Positions 25,057 to 35,800 are shown, counted from the stretch's first letter. The stretch: 38,937 nucleotides of DNA from a virus (IMGVR_UViG_3300032024_000415:1-38937), one strand, 5' to 3'. Notes: generated from the sequence alone by a model not told the origin. Program-made: numbers and translations.

Positions 25057-25085
25057 AATATACGCGCAATGCGCGTAAATGTAAA
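25057..25085 (-). promoter_or_regulatory. Sigma70 promoter containing a perfect operator palindrome
   Basis: Minus strand TTTACA-17 nt-TATATT; TACGCGCA-A-TGCGCGTA at 25061-25077. Confidence 0.8.
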
Positions 25086-25116
25086 GCACTTATTTTGTGA
25101 AATCACAAATAATTCC

Positions 25117-25141
25117 AACCCGTCCCCAAGCGGGTTTTTTT
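25117..25141 (+). terminator. Terminator-like hairpin (near-identical copy at 26218-26245)
   Basis: AACCCG...CAAGCGGGTTTTTTTATGCCT in both places. Confidence 0.65.
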
Positions 25142-25155
25142 ATGCCTCTTAACTT

Positions 25156-25776
25156 ATGATAGACATCAATAAAACACCGCCCGCCACCGAGCCGATCACC
25201 CTGGCTGAAATGCGCCTGCATTTGGGCATCACCCGCGCCGACGATACCGCGCGGGATACCATCATCACCGGGCGCATCGTCAGCGCCAGACAGTGGGCCG
25301 AGGAATATACCCGCCGGGCTTTTATCACCCAGACCTGGGGCAGTTACGGCGCGGATTTTCCCGGCGACCGGTCCATTGCCGGTCTGAGCCTGGGCGGGCA
25401 GGATTACAGCGCGATCAAACTGCGCGGGAAAGTGCAGTCGGTCACCTACATTAAATACCTGGATGGCGACGGCGTGGTGCAACCCCTGGGCTCCAGTTTG
25501 TATCTGGTCGACCTGATCACCAACAGCGTGGTCCCGGCCTATGGCACCGTTTGGCCGTCGGGTCGCATCCAGCTCAATGGCGTGGAAATCGAATATATTT
25601 GCGGCTATGGCAACGCCGCCGCCGTGCCCGAGGCGATCAAGGACGCGCTGCGCTTTATTGTCGGCCAGTGGGAGGTCTTCCAGTCCAGCATGGAGGGCGT
25701 GATGCGCCCGTTTACCATCCCCAACGCCGCTAAACAGCTGCTGGATAACTATATCGATATGCGCGGGTATTTCTGA
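25156..25776 (+). CDS. Head-tail connector (HK97 gp6-like)
   Basis: PATEPITLAEMRLHL...AEEYTRRAFITQTW...VPEAIK. Confidence 0.88.
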   Translation: MIDINKTPPATEPITLAEMRLHLGITRADDTARDTIITGRIVSARQWAEEYTRRAFITQTWGSYGADFPGDRSIAGLSLGGQDYSAIKLRGKVQSVTYIKYLDGDGVVQPLGSSLYLVDLITNSVVPAYGTVWPSGRIQLNGVEIEYICGYGNAAAVPEAIKDALRFIVGQWEVFQSSMEGVMRPFTIPNAAKQLLDNYIDMRGYF

Positions 25777-26201
25777 TGCATATCCGCCGCAACATCCTCG
25801 AAGCCTTGCGCACCCAGCTAAAAACGCTGACCGGTTTTGCCGGGGTGTGGATACAGCGCATCGGCCCGCCGCGCGACAGCTTCCCGAGCATTACCCTATA
25901 TGCCGAGGCCGAAACCGTCGAGCATTTGACCCTGCATCCCACACCCAGGCCGCAGGAACGCATCATCACCGTTGCGGTCAGCATCTGGGTGCGCGGCGTT
26001 GCCGACGATGAAAAATCCGAGATCGACATGGACAATTTTTCGGCTGAGGTCGAGGCCGTGTTGACCCAGCCGACCACGGCCAACGGCATGATATTGATCG
26101 CCACCGATTTTACTGTCTCGGAGGAAGAGCCCGAGATCCACGTCGTCACCCTGACTTATCATATCAGCTATTTTTCCACCGAGTTTAACCCGACCGTTTA
26201 A
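25776..26201 (+). CDS. Probable tail terminator
   Basis: MHIRRNILEAL..., acidic, immediately before the tail tube gene. Confidence 0.6.
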   Translation: MHIRRNILEALRTQLKTLTGFAGVWIQRIGPPRDSFPSITLYAEAETVEHLTLHPTPRPQERIITVAVSIWVRGVADDEKSEIDMDNFSAEVEAVLTQPTTANGMILIATDFTVSEEEPEIHVVTLTYHISYFSTEFNPTV

Positions 26202-26269
26202 CTGCTTTAATCAAACCAACCCGCCCGCCGCAAGCGGGTTTTTTTATGCCTAAAATTTAAGGAATTTCA

Positions 26270-26932
26270 ATGTCCACAGTTCGCAAAATGTCCAATGTCG
26301 CCGTCGCCATGCAATCCGCATTGGGTACCGCGAAAACCATTACCGCAATTTCCAAAGCGGCGCCCGGCGTGGTAACCGCAACCCATGATTATTCCAACGG
26401 CGATTATGTCGTTCTGACCGTGCAGGGCATGTTTCAGCTTAACGGTAAAGTGTTTCGGGTCGCTAATGTCTCGACGACGGTTTCGTTTCAGCTCGAAGAT
26501 GTCAGCGGTGGCACCGGAATCAGTACCGCTACTTATGATACTTTCTCCAGCGGCACTGCCGAAAAGATCACTTTCGGCACCTCGATCACCACGGCGACCT
26601 CCATCGATGCCAGCGGCGGCGATTTCAGCTATATCGACACGACCACCATTCACACCAACCAGAAAACCCAGATCCCCGGCGCAGCCGAGCCGATTACGAA
26701 GAAATTCGAGCACCTTTGGGACATTACCGATGCCGGGCAGATTGCAATGAAAGCGGCGTCCGACGCCCAGGCGCAACGGGCGTTTAAACTGACTTACGGC
26801 ACCGGCGGACCGATTGAAGTGTTTACCGGTTATGTCGGTTTTACTGGCTCCCCGAACGGTTCGGCGCAGGACAAGATCACTTCCCCGGCGACCATTACCG
26901 CGTTTGGTCTGCCCAACTATTACAGCGCCTGA
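26270..26932 (+). CDS. Major tail tube protein
   Basis: AKTITAISKAAPGVVT...SGGDFSYIDTT...FTGYV; precedes the tail chaperones. Confidence 0.85.
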   Translation: MSTVRKMSNVAVAMQSALGTAKTITAISKAAPGVVTATHDYSNGDYVVLTVQGMFQLNGKVFRVANVSTTVSFQLEDVSGGTGISTATYDTFSSGTAEKITFGTSITTATSIDASGGDFSYIDTTTIHTNQKTQIPGAAEPITKKFEHLWDITDAGQIAMKAASDAQAQRAFKLTYGTGGPIEVFTGYVGFTGSPNGSAQDKITSPATITAFGLPNYYSA

Positions 26933-26934
26933 TC

Positions 26935-27285
26935 ATGGCTTTAATCGATAAAGTTCGCAAGGCCAGAGAAACCCAGGTCGAGGCTGGAGGCTTTGGCTTT
27001 ACCGTGCGCCGCCCGACCGACATGGAAATCGTGGATATTCGCGGCGAAAGTTTAAAGCAGGGCGACATCCTGCAGCGATATGTGTTGGGCTGGAGCGGCG
27101 TTACCGAGCTGGACATCATTCCCGGCGGCGATGGCGTTGCGGTGGCGTTCGAGACGGCATTATTTATGGAATGGATAGCCGACCGCCCGGATCTATGGGC
27201 CCCGCTCACCAACGCCATACTGGCATTGTACGGCCAGCATCAGCAACGTCTGGAAGCCGCGCTAAAAAAGCCCGAGCCTGGTTAG
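26935..27285 (+). CDS. Tail assembly chaperone (gpG-like)
   Basis: Position; FTVRRPT; slippery A-AAA-AAG at 27264-27270. Confidence 0.75.
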   Translation: MALIDKVRKARETQVEAGGFGFTVRRPTDMEIVDIRGESLKQGDILQRYVLGWSGVTELDIIPGGDGVAVAFETALFMEWIADRPDLWAPLTNAILALYGQHQQRLEAALKKPEPG

Positions 27286-27476
27286 AGTCCGGCAATCTGC
27301 CGGTACAGCAAGGCCCTGCGCCGTCCGACTTCGGCCTTGCTATCCAGGTGTGGAATTTACTGGGCGGCGAGATCGATTGGGCGGGGCTGCCGGTAGTGGC
27401 CGAGCTTTTCGGAATTACCGATATTGAGCTGCTGATCAAACAGTTGGCATTAATCAGAGATTTTCATCATGGCTGA
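27264..27476 (+). CDS. gpT-like extension expressed by programmed -1 frameshift
   Basis: -1 frame open from the slippery site: KKARAWLES...WNLLGGEIDWAGLPVVAELFGI. Confidence 0.75.
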   Translation, partial: KKARAWLESGNLPVQQGPAPSDFGLAIQVWNLLGGEIDWAGLPVVAELFGITDIELLIKQLALIRDFHHG

Positions 27477-27933
27477 CGAAACCAGTATTCGTATTCGGGG
27501 TGTCGCCGAAATCCAGCGGGCGCTATTCCAGTTTAATTCCCGTCTGGCCGAGCGCGTCACTCGGCTGGCGATGCGCAAAGGGGCGAATTATATGCTGAAA
27601 GAAGTCCGCGCCGCTGCACCCAAAAAAACAGGGCGGCTTAAAAAGACCATCAAGGTTAAAAACTCACGGATCAACACGGTCCGCAAAAACGGGAAAGTGG
27701 GTGTTTATATTACCGTCAATCCAGGCAAAAGCAGGCGGGACACGAAAGGGGCCTGGTACGGTAAATTTGTCGAGACCGGCTACCAGCGCGGAAATACCAC
27801 GGTTGCCGGCAAGCATTTTGTTGTTGCAACCTTTAATGCCACTGCGCCAACGGCACTGGCGATCATGGTTAATGCTTCCGAGGTGGCGATGCGGCACTTG
27901 GCTCGGGAATTAAACTTACGGATTACGGGATAA
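27469..27933 (+). CDS. HK97 gp10-like neck/tail-completion protein
   Basis: IRGVAEI...AAAPKKTGRLKKTI...WYGKFVETG. Confidence 0.8.
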   Translation: MADETSIRIRGVAEIQRALFQFNSRLAERVTRLAMRKGANYMLKEVRAAAPKKTGRLKKTIKVKNSRINTVRKNGKVGVYITVNPGKSRRDTKGAWYGKFVETGYQRGNTTVAGKHFVVATFNATAPTALAIMVNASEVAMRHLARELNLRITG

Positions 27934-27938
27934 TTATC

Positions 27939-30488
27939 ATGGCATTAGGCGTAACAATCGACTTTAACGCAAATCTGGGCAATATTACCGGTCAGGTTGA
28001 CCGGATGAACTCCCAGCTGAACCGGTTCCAGGTGCAGGCCGAAACCATGTCCAGCCGGGTTAGCAAGGCTTTTGGTGCGTTGGGTGTCGGGCTGTCGATA
28101 GCGGGTATCGGTGCGTTCGTGAAATCGGGCATCGATGCAGCTGACGCGCTGAGCAAAATGGCAAGCAAAACCGGCATCGCAGTCGAGGAGCTGGCCGGGC
28201 TTAAACTGGCGGCCGATTTGTCCGATACCAGCCTGGAAACACTGGGTAAGGCAGTCAACAAGTTGTCGGTGTACATGACGACCTATGCCTCTGATGCCAA
28301 GGGTCTGGGCATTACGTCAAAGGACAACAGCGAGGCCTTTGCTCAGTTGGCCGATGTGCTGACCGGTATCGATGACGCGCAAACTCGTGCGGCTCTAGGT
28401 ACAAAAATTCTGGGCAGATCATGGCAGGATTTAGCTCCGCTATTGTTGCAGGGCGGTGAGGCGATACGCGAGCAAGTTAAGCAGGGCAAGGAGCTGAATC
28501 CGGTTACCACCGAAATGGCCTTACAAGCCGCGGCTTTTAATGACAGCTTAACCATCCAGGAGGCGCGCTTAAAAGGTGTCGCCACACAAATGGCCGGGCC
28601 TTTTGTCGATGCCGAGGCCAAGTTGCTGGAATATCTGATCGATACTAATACGGAGCTGGGTAGTTCCGGCGATAGTTTCAGCGTATATCGTACCGCGATT
28701 AATGAGACGGTTATTGTCATCGCGACGCTGAATAATTTATTAGACCGTGCAGGCAAAGGCGCAGGCCGTTTGGCCGCCGAAGTCGTTGCGCTTGCTCACC
28801 TGGATTTTAAGGGCTATGCCGTTATCGAGGAGGCGTTTAAAGAGGATATTACTAACGCGCAAACTCGCTATGAAAAATTTGTCAGTGACATCAGGAACCC
28901 GAGTAAAGGCCCGATTATCCCGGCAATAAAACCACCGCAAACCGATGCGGCCGCCGTAGCCACTGCGCTGGGCGTTACTGGTACCAGTAGTGCCGGTAAA
29001 ACCGATTCGGCCACGAAAAAACGGATTGCCTCGGCGGCCAGTGTCGACAAGTTGAAAGCCTCCGCCGACGGCATGATTGCCAATCTGCAACGCGAATTGG
29101 CGTTGAGAAACGACGCCGGTGAAGCTGCCCGAGTGCAGTACGATATTGTCAGCGGCTCGTTGAAGGGCATTAGTGCCGGCCAGGCTAAAAAGCTGACCGA
29201 CCTGGCCGCCGAAAAGGACGCGGTAGTCTCGCTGTCGGCAGTCAGAAGTAAACTGGTTGAGGTGGAAGCCACCCGGCTTGAGAATAGCGGGCACGCAGAT
29301 GAAGCGGCCCAGTTGCGCATCAATAACAACTATCTTGATGAAGAGCTGAAATTAAAAACCGCATTGCGGAATTTACAGGAAGCCACCCAAAGCAAGGCCA
29401 TTCAGCGCGAAACCGTACTGACCTAATCGGCGCTGGGCAACCTGAAGACAGCAAAACAAATGGAGTTGTCGCGCAGTCGCCTGAACAGTTTGACCGAGCA
29501 ATCCGCCGCGCTGCTGTTCGATTTGCAGGACAGTGAGCAGCGCATCGCAATCTCCCGGAATATCGGTTTTTTGTCCGAACAGCAGGCGATGGAGAAGATC
29601 ATCGATGCCAGAAAAGACTATATCGCCCAACAGGAAGAAATCATCAGGCTGAAAATAATCACCCTGAGCAAGAGCGGTAGTCCGCAAGAGCTTCAGTCGC
29701 TGAACCGGGACAAACAAGCGCTCGATAACATCAAATACGGCGAGGTGGGTTTTAACCAGCAATTTAACCAAGATTCGTCTTTGGCCGAATTCGATAAAAA
29801 TCGCGCTCAAATCGGCTTGTCGAAAGACCAGGGGCTGGACAAGGCCGACGCCAATTACCAGGCCAACATGCAGGCCGGTAATCTGGATGCGTTTAAACAA
29901 TATTCCGCCGACAAGGCCAAGGTTGAGGGCGACGCCTACAAAGCGTCTTTTATCAACGCCACCGGTTATTACAGCGGCATCGCCGCCACCGCTGCCGACA
30001 CCTTTATGGGCGTGACCAAAGCGGCGGTCAAGATGTACGGCGAGCAGAGCAAACAGGCAAAAATTGCCTTTGCGCTGTACAAGGCCACCGCGATCGCGCA
30101 AGCCATTATCGCGACCGCGCAGGCGGTCACCGTGCAACTGGGCGCCGGGCCGTGGATCGGCTTTGTGCTGGCCGGTCTTGCTGGTGCGATGGGTGCGGTG
30201 CAGATCGCACAGATTGCCTCCCAGCAGATGCCCGCCGCTCATGGCGGTCTGGACTACGTGCCCAAGGAGCAAACCTTTTTGCTTGATAAAGGCGAGCGGG
30301 TGATCTCGCCCCGGCAAAACAAGGATTTAACCGGATTTTTGCAGCAAACAGGCCAAAACAACAGCGGACCGGCCGTTAATATTACCGTCAACGTGCAGGG
30401 CACCAATGCCCCGGACGTCCGCCGCGCCGCCGGACAGGGCGCGCGTGAAGCCTTATCGGTCATGAATGGAGCCCGCCGTTATGCCTGA
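27939..30488 (+). pseudogene. Tape measure protein interrupted by one in-frame TAA (29424-29426)
   Basis: ORFs 27939..29426 and 29460..30488 share a frame with 11 sense codons between; Ala-rich helical; C-terminal AHGGLDYVP...LLDKGERV. Confidence 0.85.
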
Positions 30489-31356
30489 GTTTCTGGAAGA
30501 CCGCCTGCCTGTCGGCGTGCGCGCCGGGGCCAGCTATGCCGACGAATACGCAGTAGAGATCAGCACCACGGCCGGCCGGTCCGAATCTCGCCGCCTGGTC
30601 AATCCGTATCCGTTGCGGATCTACAGCGTGTTTTATACCCAGCATACGGCGGATTTGTGGGATGATATTCTGTCTTTGTACCACCGGGCCTACGGCATGT
30701 TCGCCGGATTCCGGGTCAAGGCGCTGGACGACTACACCACTAACAACCGAACTTTAGCGCCGACCGCGTTCGACCAGGTATTGGCGTTGGTTTCGACCGG
30801 CATCTATCAATTGCAGGTAGCCTACGGCGGCAGCGGCCCGCTGCTGAGTATCGGCAAACCGTACCGGACCATTTTCAAACCGGTCGGCAGTACCGTATCG
30901 GTTGCGATTGGATCTGTATCCGTGCCGTGGAACGTTATGTGGACAGTTGAATCGACCACCGGCAAGATCACCTTTGCGGCCAACAAAACCAAGGCGGTCG
31001 TCGGCATTACTAAGGCGGCCAGCGCGGTGGTCGATTTCGGCGCTACTCACACTTATGCAGTTGGCGAATCGGTGCATTTTACTGGCGTGCTGGGCATGAC
31101 CCAGATCAACGGTTTGCGCGGCCTGATCACGGCCATCGCCACCAACACCATCACCGTGGCGATCAACAGCACGAGTTTCTCGACTTATAGCAGCGCCGGC
31201 ACTGTCAACACCCGTCCGCAAACCGGCGAAGTGGTTTCAGGCGGCTGCGAATACGATATCCCTTGTCGCTTCAACAGCCGCATCGATGTCGCCTCATTGG
31301 CTCCCGGAGTGCGCGAGTCCAGTCATATTGAAATCATCGAACTTCTCAACCCTTAA
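30481..31356 (+). CDS. Distal tail protein (DUF2460/GTA-like) with inserted beta domain
   Basis: EFLEDRLP...GFRVK...YDIPCRFN; insert GITKAASAVV...GMTQING. Confidence 0.8.
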   Translation: MPEFLEDRLPVGVRAGASYADEYAVEISTTAGRSESRRLVNPYPLRIYSVFYTQHTADLWDDILSLYHRAYGMFAGFRVKALDDYTTNNRTLAPTAFDQVLALVSTGIYQLQVAYGGSGPLLSIGKPYRTIFKPVGSTVSVAIGSVSVPWNVMWTVESTTGKITFAANKTKAVVGITKAASAVVDFGATHTYAVGESVHFTGVLGMTQINGLRGLITAIATNTITVAINSTSFSTYSSAGTVNTRPQTGEVVSGGCEYDIPCRFNSRIDVASLAPGVRESSHIEIIELLNP

Positions 31357-31360
31357 ATTG

Positions 31361-31590
31361 TCCACGAAAAGCACGAAAGGCACGAAAATATGATCTTATC
31401 AGAACGCCTAAAAGCACTGGCTCTGGATATGGCAGAAATCGCCGGGTACATGGCAAGCGACTATCCGCAACGCAGCAAAGAACTATCCGGTGCGGCGGTG
31501 TTGGCGCTGGAATGGTCGGAAGGTGTTAAAGAAGATGGCAACTAATAAATATCTTTGCTTTTCTTTCGTGCTTTTCGTGTTTTTCGTGGA
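31361..31590. repeat. 27-bp inverted repeats built of three CACGAAA units, bracketing a small ORF
   Basis: TCCACGAAAAGCACGAAAGGCACGAAA (31361-31387) versus TTTCGTGCTTTTCGTGTTTTTCGTGGA (31564-31590), 25/27 complementary. Confidence 0.9.
31390..31545 (+). CDS. 51-aa helical hypothetical protein (not in ORF track)
   Basis: Hand translation MILSERLKALALDMAEIAGYMASDYPQRSKELSGAAVLALEWSEGVKEDGN; fills the space between the repeats. Confidence 0.55.
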   Translation: MILSERLKALALDMAEIAGYMASDYPQRSKELSGAAVLALEWSEGVKEDGN

Positions 31591-31600
31591 TAAAAAATAA

Positions 31601-32431
31601 ATGAAACCCGCAACAGCTAATTTAAAATATCGGATCCATTGTTTGCGGATCATCCCGCTATGGGGTAATCCTATTTACCTAACCGAGCATGTGCGCGACT
31701 TGACCATGGGCGGTCAGACCTACAAAACCGATAGCGGCTACGAGTTCACCGGCCAGGCTGCCGAGGCCAAGATGTCGCCGGGCGTGATCGATCTGACCGG
31801 CATCGCCAACAGTGCGGGTATCGGCTACGACCAGATTGTATCCGGCGTATTCGATAACGCCCGCGTCTATCTGTTTGCGACCACCTGGAATAATCCTATT
31901 GTTGATGAAGAACCGCTGGGCGTGGCGTTCATGGGCAAGATCACCCAAAAAGACAATCGCTACAGCGCCGAGCTGATGATGATGATCGATGTGTTAAATC
32001 AATCGGTCGGCAAAACCTACACAGCGGCCTGCCCCAAAAAGTTTGGCGGCCAGGAATATGCCGGTTGCAAAGTAGCGATCGGACCTATCACTGTGACCGG
32101 CACCATTACCGCGGTAACCAGCAATTCAGTATTCAGGGATAGCGCCAGAACCGAGGTCGCCGACTATTTCGGCGAGGGAACTATCGCCTTTACCACCGGG
32201 GCCAATGCGGGACTGAAACCGGAGGAAATCAGCGTTCATGCGGCAGACGGCACCATCACCACCCACGAGGCGTTTCATTATCCTGTTGTTGTCGGCGATG
32301 CCTACACACTGATCCCCGGCTGTCGGAAACGTCTGGCAGACTGTCGGGATAAATGGAGCAATACCGTCAACTTTGGCGGTTTCAGTTTTGTTCCGACCGA
32401 ATCGCAATATATGAAACGGGGGCTGAAATGA
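31601..32431 (+). CDS. Baseplate hub protein (DUF2163/BR0599-like)
   Basis: SGVFDNARV, Cys pattern ACPKKFG...GC...PGCRK...DC...NFGGF. Confidence 0.88.
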   Translation: MKPATANLKYRIHCLRIIPLWGNPIYLTEHVRDLTMGGQTYKTDSGYEFTGQAAEAKMSPGVIDLTGIANSAGIGYDQIVSGVFDNARVYLFATTWNNPIVDEEPLGVAFMGKITQKDNRYSAELMMMIDVLNQSVGKTYTAACPKKFGGQEYAGCKVAIGPITVTGTITAVTSNSVFRDSARTEVADYFGEGTIAFTTGANAGLKPEEISVHAADGTITTHEAFHYPVVVGDAYTLIPGCRKRLADCRDKWSNTVNFGGFSFVPTESQYMKRGLK

Positions 32432-32829
32432 CAGCCGATGACATCCTCGCCGCCGCGCGCTCCCAGCTGGGCGTTAAATTCCGGCACCAGGCGCGCGTTG
32501 CCGACCAGTTCCTGGATTGCGCCGGGCTGGTCGCCTATGTCGCCACGCAATTAAATGTTGAATTTAACGAATGGCCCGGTTACGGAAGATCGCCATCACA
32601 AGGTTTATTGCAGTCGGTCCTGGATAATCAGCCGTGCCTGGATAAAGTCAGCGACCGGCAACCCGGCGATGTCCTGCTGATGCGCTTTGGCCGCGAGCCC
32701 CAGCATCTGGCCATTTGTGCAGGCGCTACCATGATCCACAGTTATGAGGCCGTCGGCCAGGTCTGCGAGCATGACCTTGATGCGCTGTGGATTTCCAGAA
32801 TCACCGCTGTTTACCGGTTTACATTATGA
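32428..32829 (+). CDS. NlpC/P60 tail-associated peptidase
   Basis: AARSQLGVKFRHQ...LDCAGL...PGDVLL...HLAI...IHSY. Confidence 0.9.
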   Translation: MTADDILAAARSQLGVKFRHQARVADQFLDCAGLVAYVATQLNVEFNEWPGYGRSPSQGLLQSVLDNQPCLDKVSDRQPGDVLLMRFGREPQHLAICAGATMIHSYEAVGQVCEHDLDALWISRITAVYRFTL

Positions 32830-35800
32830 GTACGACCCAAAAAGTAGCGATGCTGATTTTCGGCCCGCTGGAAGGTTACCTGCTTGGCGGCCTGTTCGAC
32901 TCGAAAGAGCAGCAACCGAAACCCTCCGGGCTGGATTTAACGGTACAAACCTCGACCTATGGCGCCTTTATTCCGCGTGCTTATAATAAGATCGCGCTGA
33001 AAGGCAATATTTTTTGGGTAGAAAACGGCTCGATCAAGGAAATTGCGCGTATTGAAGACCAGGGCGGCAAGGGCGGCCCCAGCCAGGACAGCCCAACGAC
33101 CTATACTTATTACGGCACCTTTGCGGTCGGCTTGGTCGATTGCAGCGGCGGCGATCCGATTATCGGTGTGGAACGGATCTGGATCGGATCAACCTTGTTT
33201 TATAACGCGGGCAGTACCGATCACGACACCCTGATTGCCAGTAATACCGCCGCTCGCGGGTTTAAAGTTTATCTGGGCAGCGACAGCCAAAGCGCCGACC
33301 CGCGAATGCAGGCCACGCTTGGCGTCAATAACGTCCCCGGTCATCGCGGCCTGGCCTACATCGTTTTTTATGATTTGCCGCTGGCCGACTACGGCAATTC
33401 GCTGGCCTCGGCACAGATTAAAGTGGAGGTGGTGTGCGCGGGGGCGGTGAATTATATTCTGGAGTTGGAGTCGAGTATTGCCGTTGCCTCAACAGACAAT
33501 GTTTTTCATTCAAATGATCGCAATTATCTGTACACATTAGGATCAAGCTATCCTGTTTTTTCTATTTTTGACATATCAACCCCGGCAACGCCTGTTTTTG
33601 TCAATTCGGTAACACTAAGCTCGGTTGTGCTCGGCGGGTCGGTAACCTGGACGCTGATGGCAGTTGATGGCGATTACGCATACATTCTCGGCAATGGCGC
33701 CGGTGATTTCACGGCAGTCAATGTTTATTACATCCTGGGTACAGTCGGCCCTGTTTTTAAAGGCTCGGTTTTAATCTATTTAAACGCCAAGGCGATTGCC
33801 GCCAGGAATAGTTATGTGATGGCGGCGAGTTCTTACGCCGGTTATATAAAAATGATCGATGCAACAATTCCGACAGCGCCGGTTGTTGTTTCGACATTGT
33901 CCGGAATGTCAGACATTGTTGCGATTACGATGGACGACTATTATGCGTATGCGCTGAGTGCAGGTAGCGGTATTTATGTTATTGATATTCGTAATCCGGC
34001 GTCTATTTCGGTTGTCGCGTCAATTACCGGCATCTCCGGCGCGTCTTATATGGTGGTTAACGGCAACTATTTATACATAAATAGTATTTTAGGCGGCTCG
34101 TTTGCCATTGTTGATATTAGTAATCCGCTGGCCCCGGCAACTGTTTTTTCATCCGCCTCGTTCTCTGGTGGACCTATTGATATTGATATTGGCTATTTAT
34201 ATCTAGGCAGGTCTCGGGATAGTAGTGATTTTCATGTTTATGATCTGTCAGATCCGATATTACCTGTATCAATCGGTTATATCACCTCAACATCAGGCGG
34301 CTCGGCGGGTTTTAGAGGTCTGACCGCTTACGGTAATTATATCTATACTTATAATAGTGCTAACGGACATTTAGAAACTTTCTTTTTTGTCGAGGGGCAA
34401 ATAACAGACACACCGATACCGTTGTCCGCCATTGTTCAAGCGGAGGTATTAACCAGCAAATTATTAACGGCTGCTGATATTGATGTTACAGCGCTGACCA
34501 GCTCGGTGCGCGGCTATCGTATTAATGCGGTCGGCTCTATCCGCGGCGGCATCGAGCCCCTGCAAAGCGCCTGGCCGTTTGACGTGATTCAGCGCGGTTA
34601 TCAAATCAAATTCGTGCCGCGCGGTGGGTCATCGGTAGTCACGATCCCCGCCGGTCTGTTGGATGCGCGGGCTGCTGGAAATAAACCCGGCGTACAGATC
34701 ACCAACAGCCGCGAAATGGACAGCATTCTACCGCAAAAAGTGTCGCTGAAATATTTCGACGCTGAGCGTGAGTACGACCAGGGCGAACAATACGCCGAAC
34801 GCATCAACACCGACTCGGTTAATTTGTTATCGCTGGACATGGCGATTGTTTTCAACGCCACCGAAGCGGCCGGAAAGACACAAGTATTACTCTATTTATA
34901 TTGGATGGAGCGCTACGACATTTCATTCAGCCTGCCGCCGGACTACGGCTATCTGGAGCCGTCCGACGTGATCACCATCACCTCGGATGACGCAACTTAT
35001 GTCCTGCGCTTGACCAGCATCAACTATAACTCGGACGGACGGCTGGAATGCCGGGCGAAATATAACGACGCGGCAATCTATACGCCCACGGCCATCGGCG
35101 AAAGCGGGCAGTTAACCGGTTTAACGTTAACTCTGCCCGGAGACACGCTGTATCAACTGCTCGATATTCCGCTGATCCAGGATGTTTACGACAAGGCGGG
35201 TTTTCCGGTAGCGATGACGGGTTATTTAGCCAACTGGCCGGGCTGCCTGCTGTTTCGCACCGTCGATGCGGGTCAAAACTGGGACGATGTGCAAGGTTTT
35301 ACCCCGCCCGGCTCGGTCATGGGTCTGACCTTGAGCGCATTGAGCGCGCACGGCGGCACTGTCTTGGATAAAGCCGGCGTGTTGACGGTACGTATGCGGC
35401 AAAGCACCTTGTCCAGCGTCACTGAAGCGCAAATGTTCGCCGGGGCAAACTGGTTTGCCTATGGTGCTGACCAGCGCTGGGAAATCATCGCGGTGCAAAA
35501 TTGCGTACTGCAAGCCGATGGCAGTTATGTGTTAACCGATTTCCTGCGCGGTCAATTCGGCAGCGAATGGGCGACCGGTCTGCATGTCGTCGGCGACAGT
35601 TTTGTGCATTTGAGCAGTTCCGAGTTGGCATTTGTCAGCATGAATTTGTCCTCGATTGGCGTCGAGGGTCAGTATCGCGGCATCACCTCCGGCGCATTGA
35701 TCGACAGCGATACCGATAGGTCGTTTAGCTATCGCGGAGTAAATCTTGAATGTTTGTCGCCGTGCCAGTTGACCGGGAGCCGTCACCCGTCAACGAACGA

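Noticed and set aside
15111-26250. Recurrent GGG(C/T)TTTTTTTATGCCT motif at about 15134, 25132 and 26236 as a mobile repeat
   Set aside because: Explained as related intrinsic terminators in the Q-controlled late operon
29373-30317. 314-aa minus-strand ORF and the many other antisense ORFs across the structural genes
   Set aside because: Shadows of well-supported + strand genes, with no RBS or recognisable motifs
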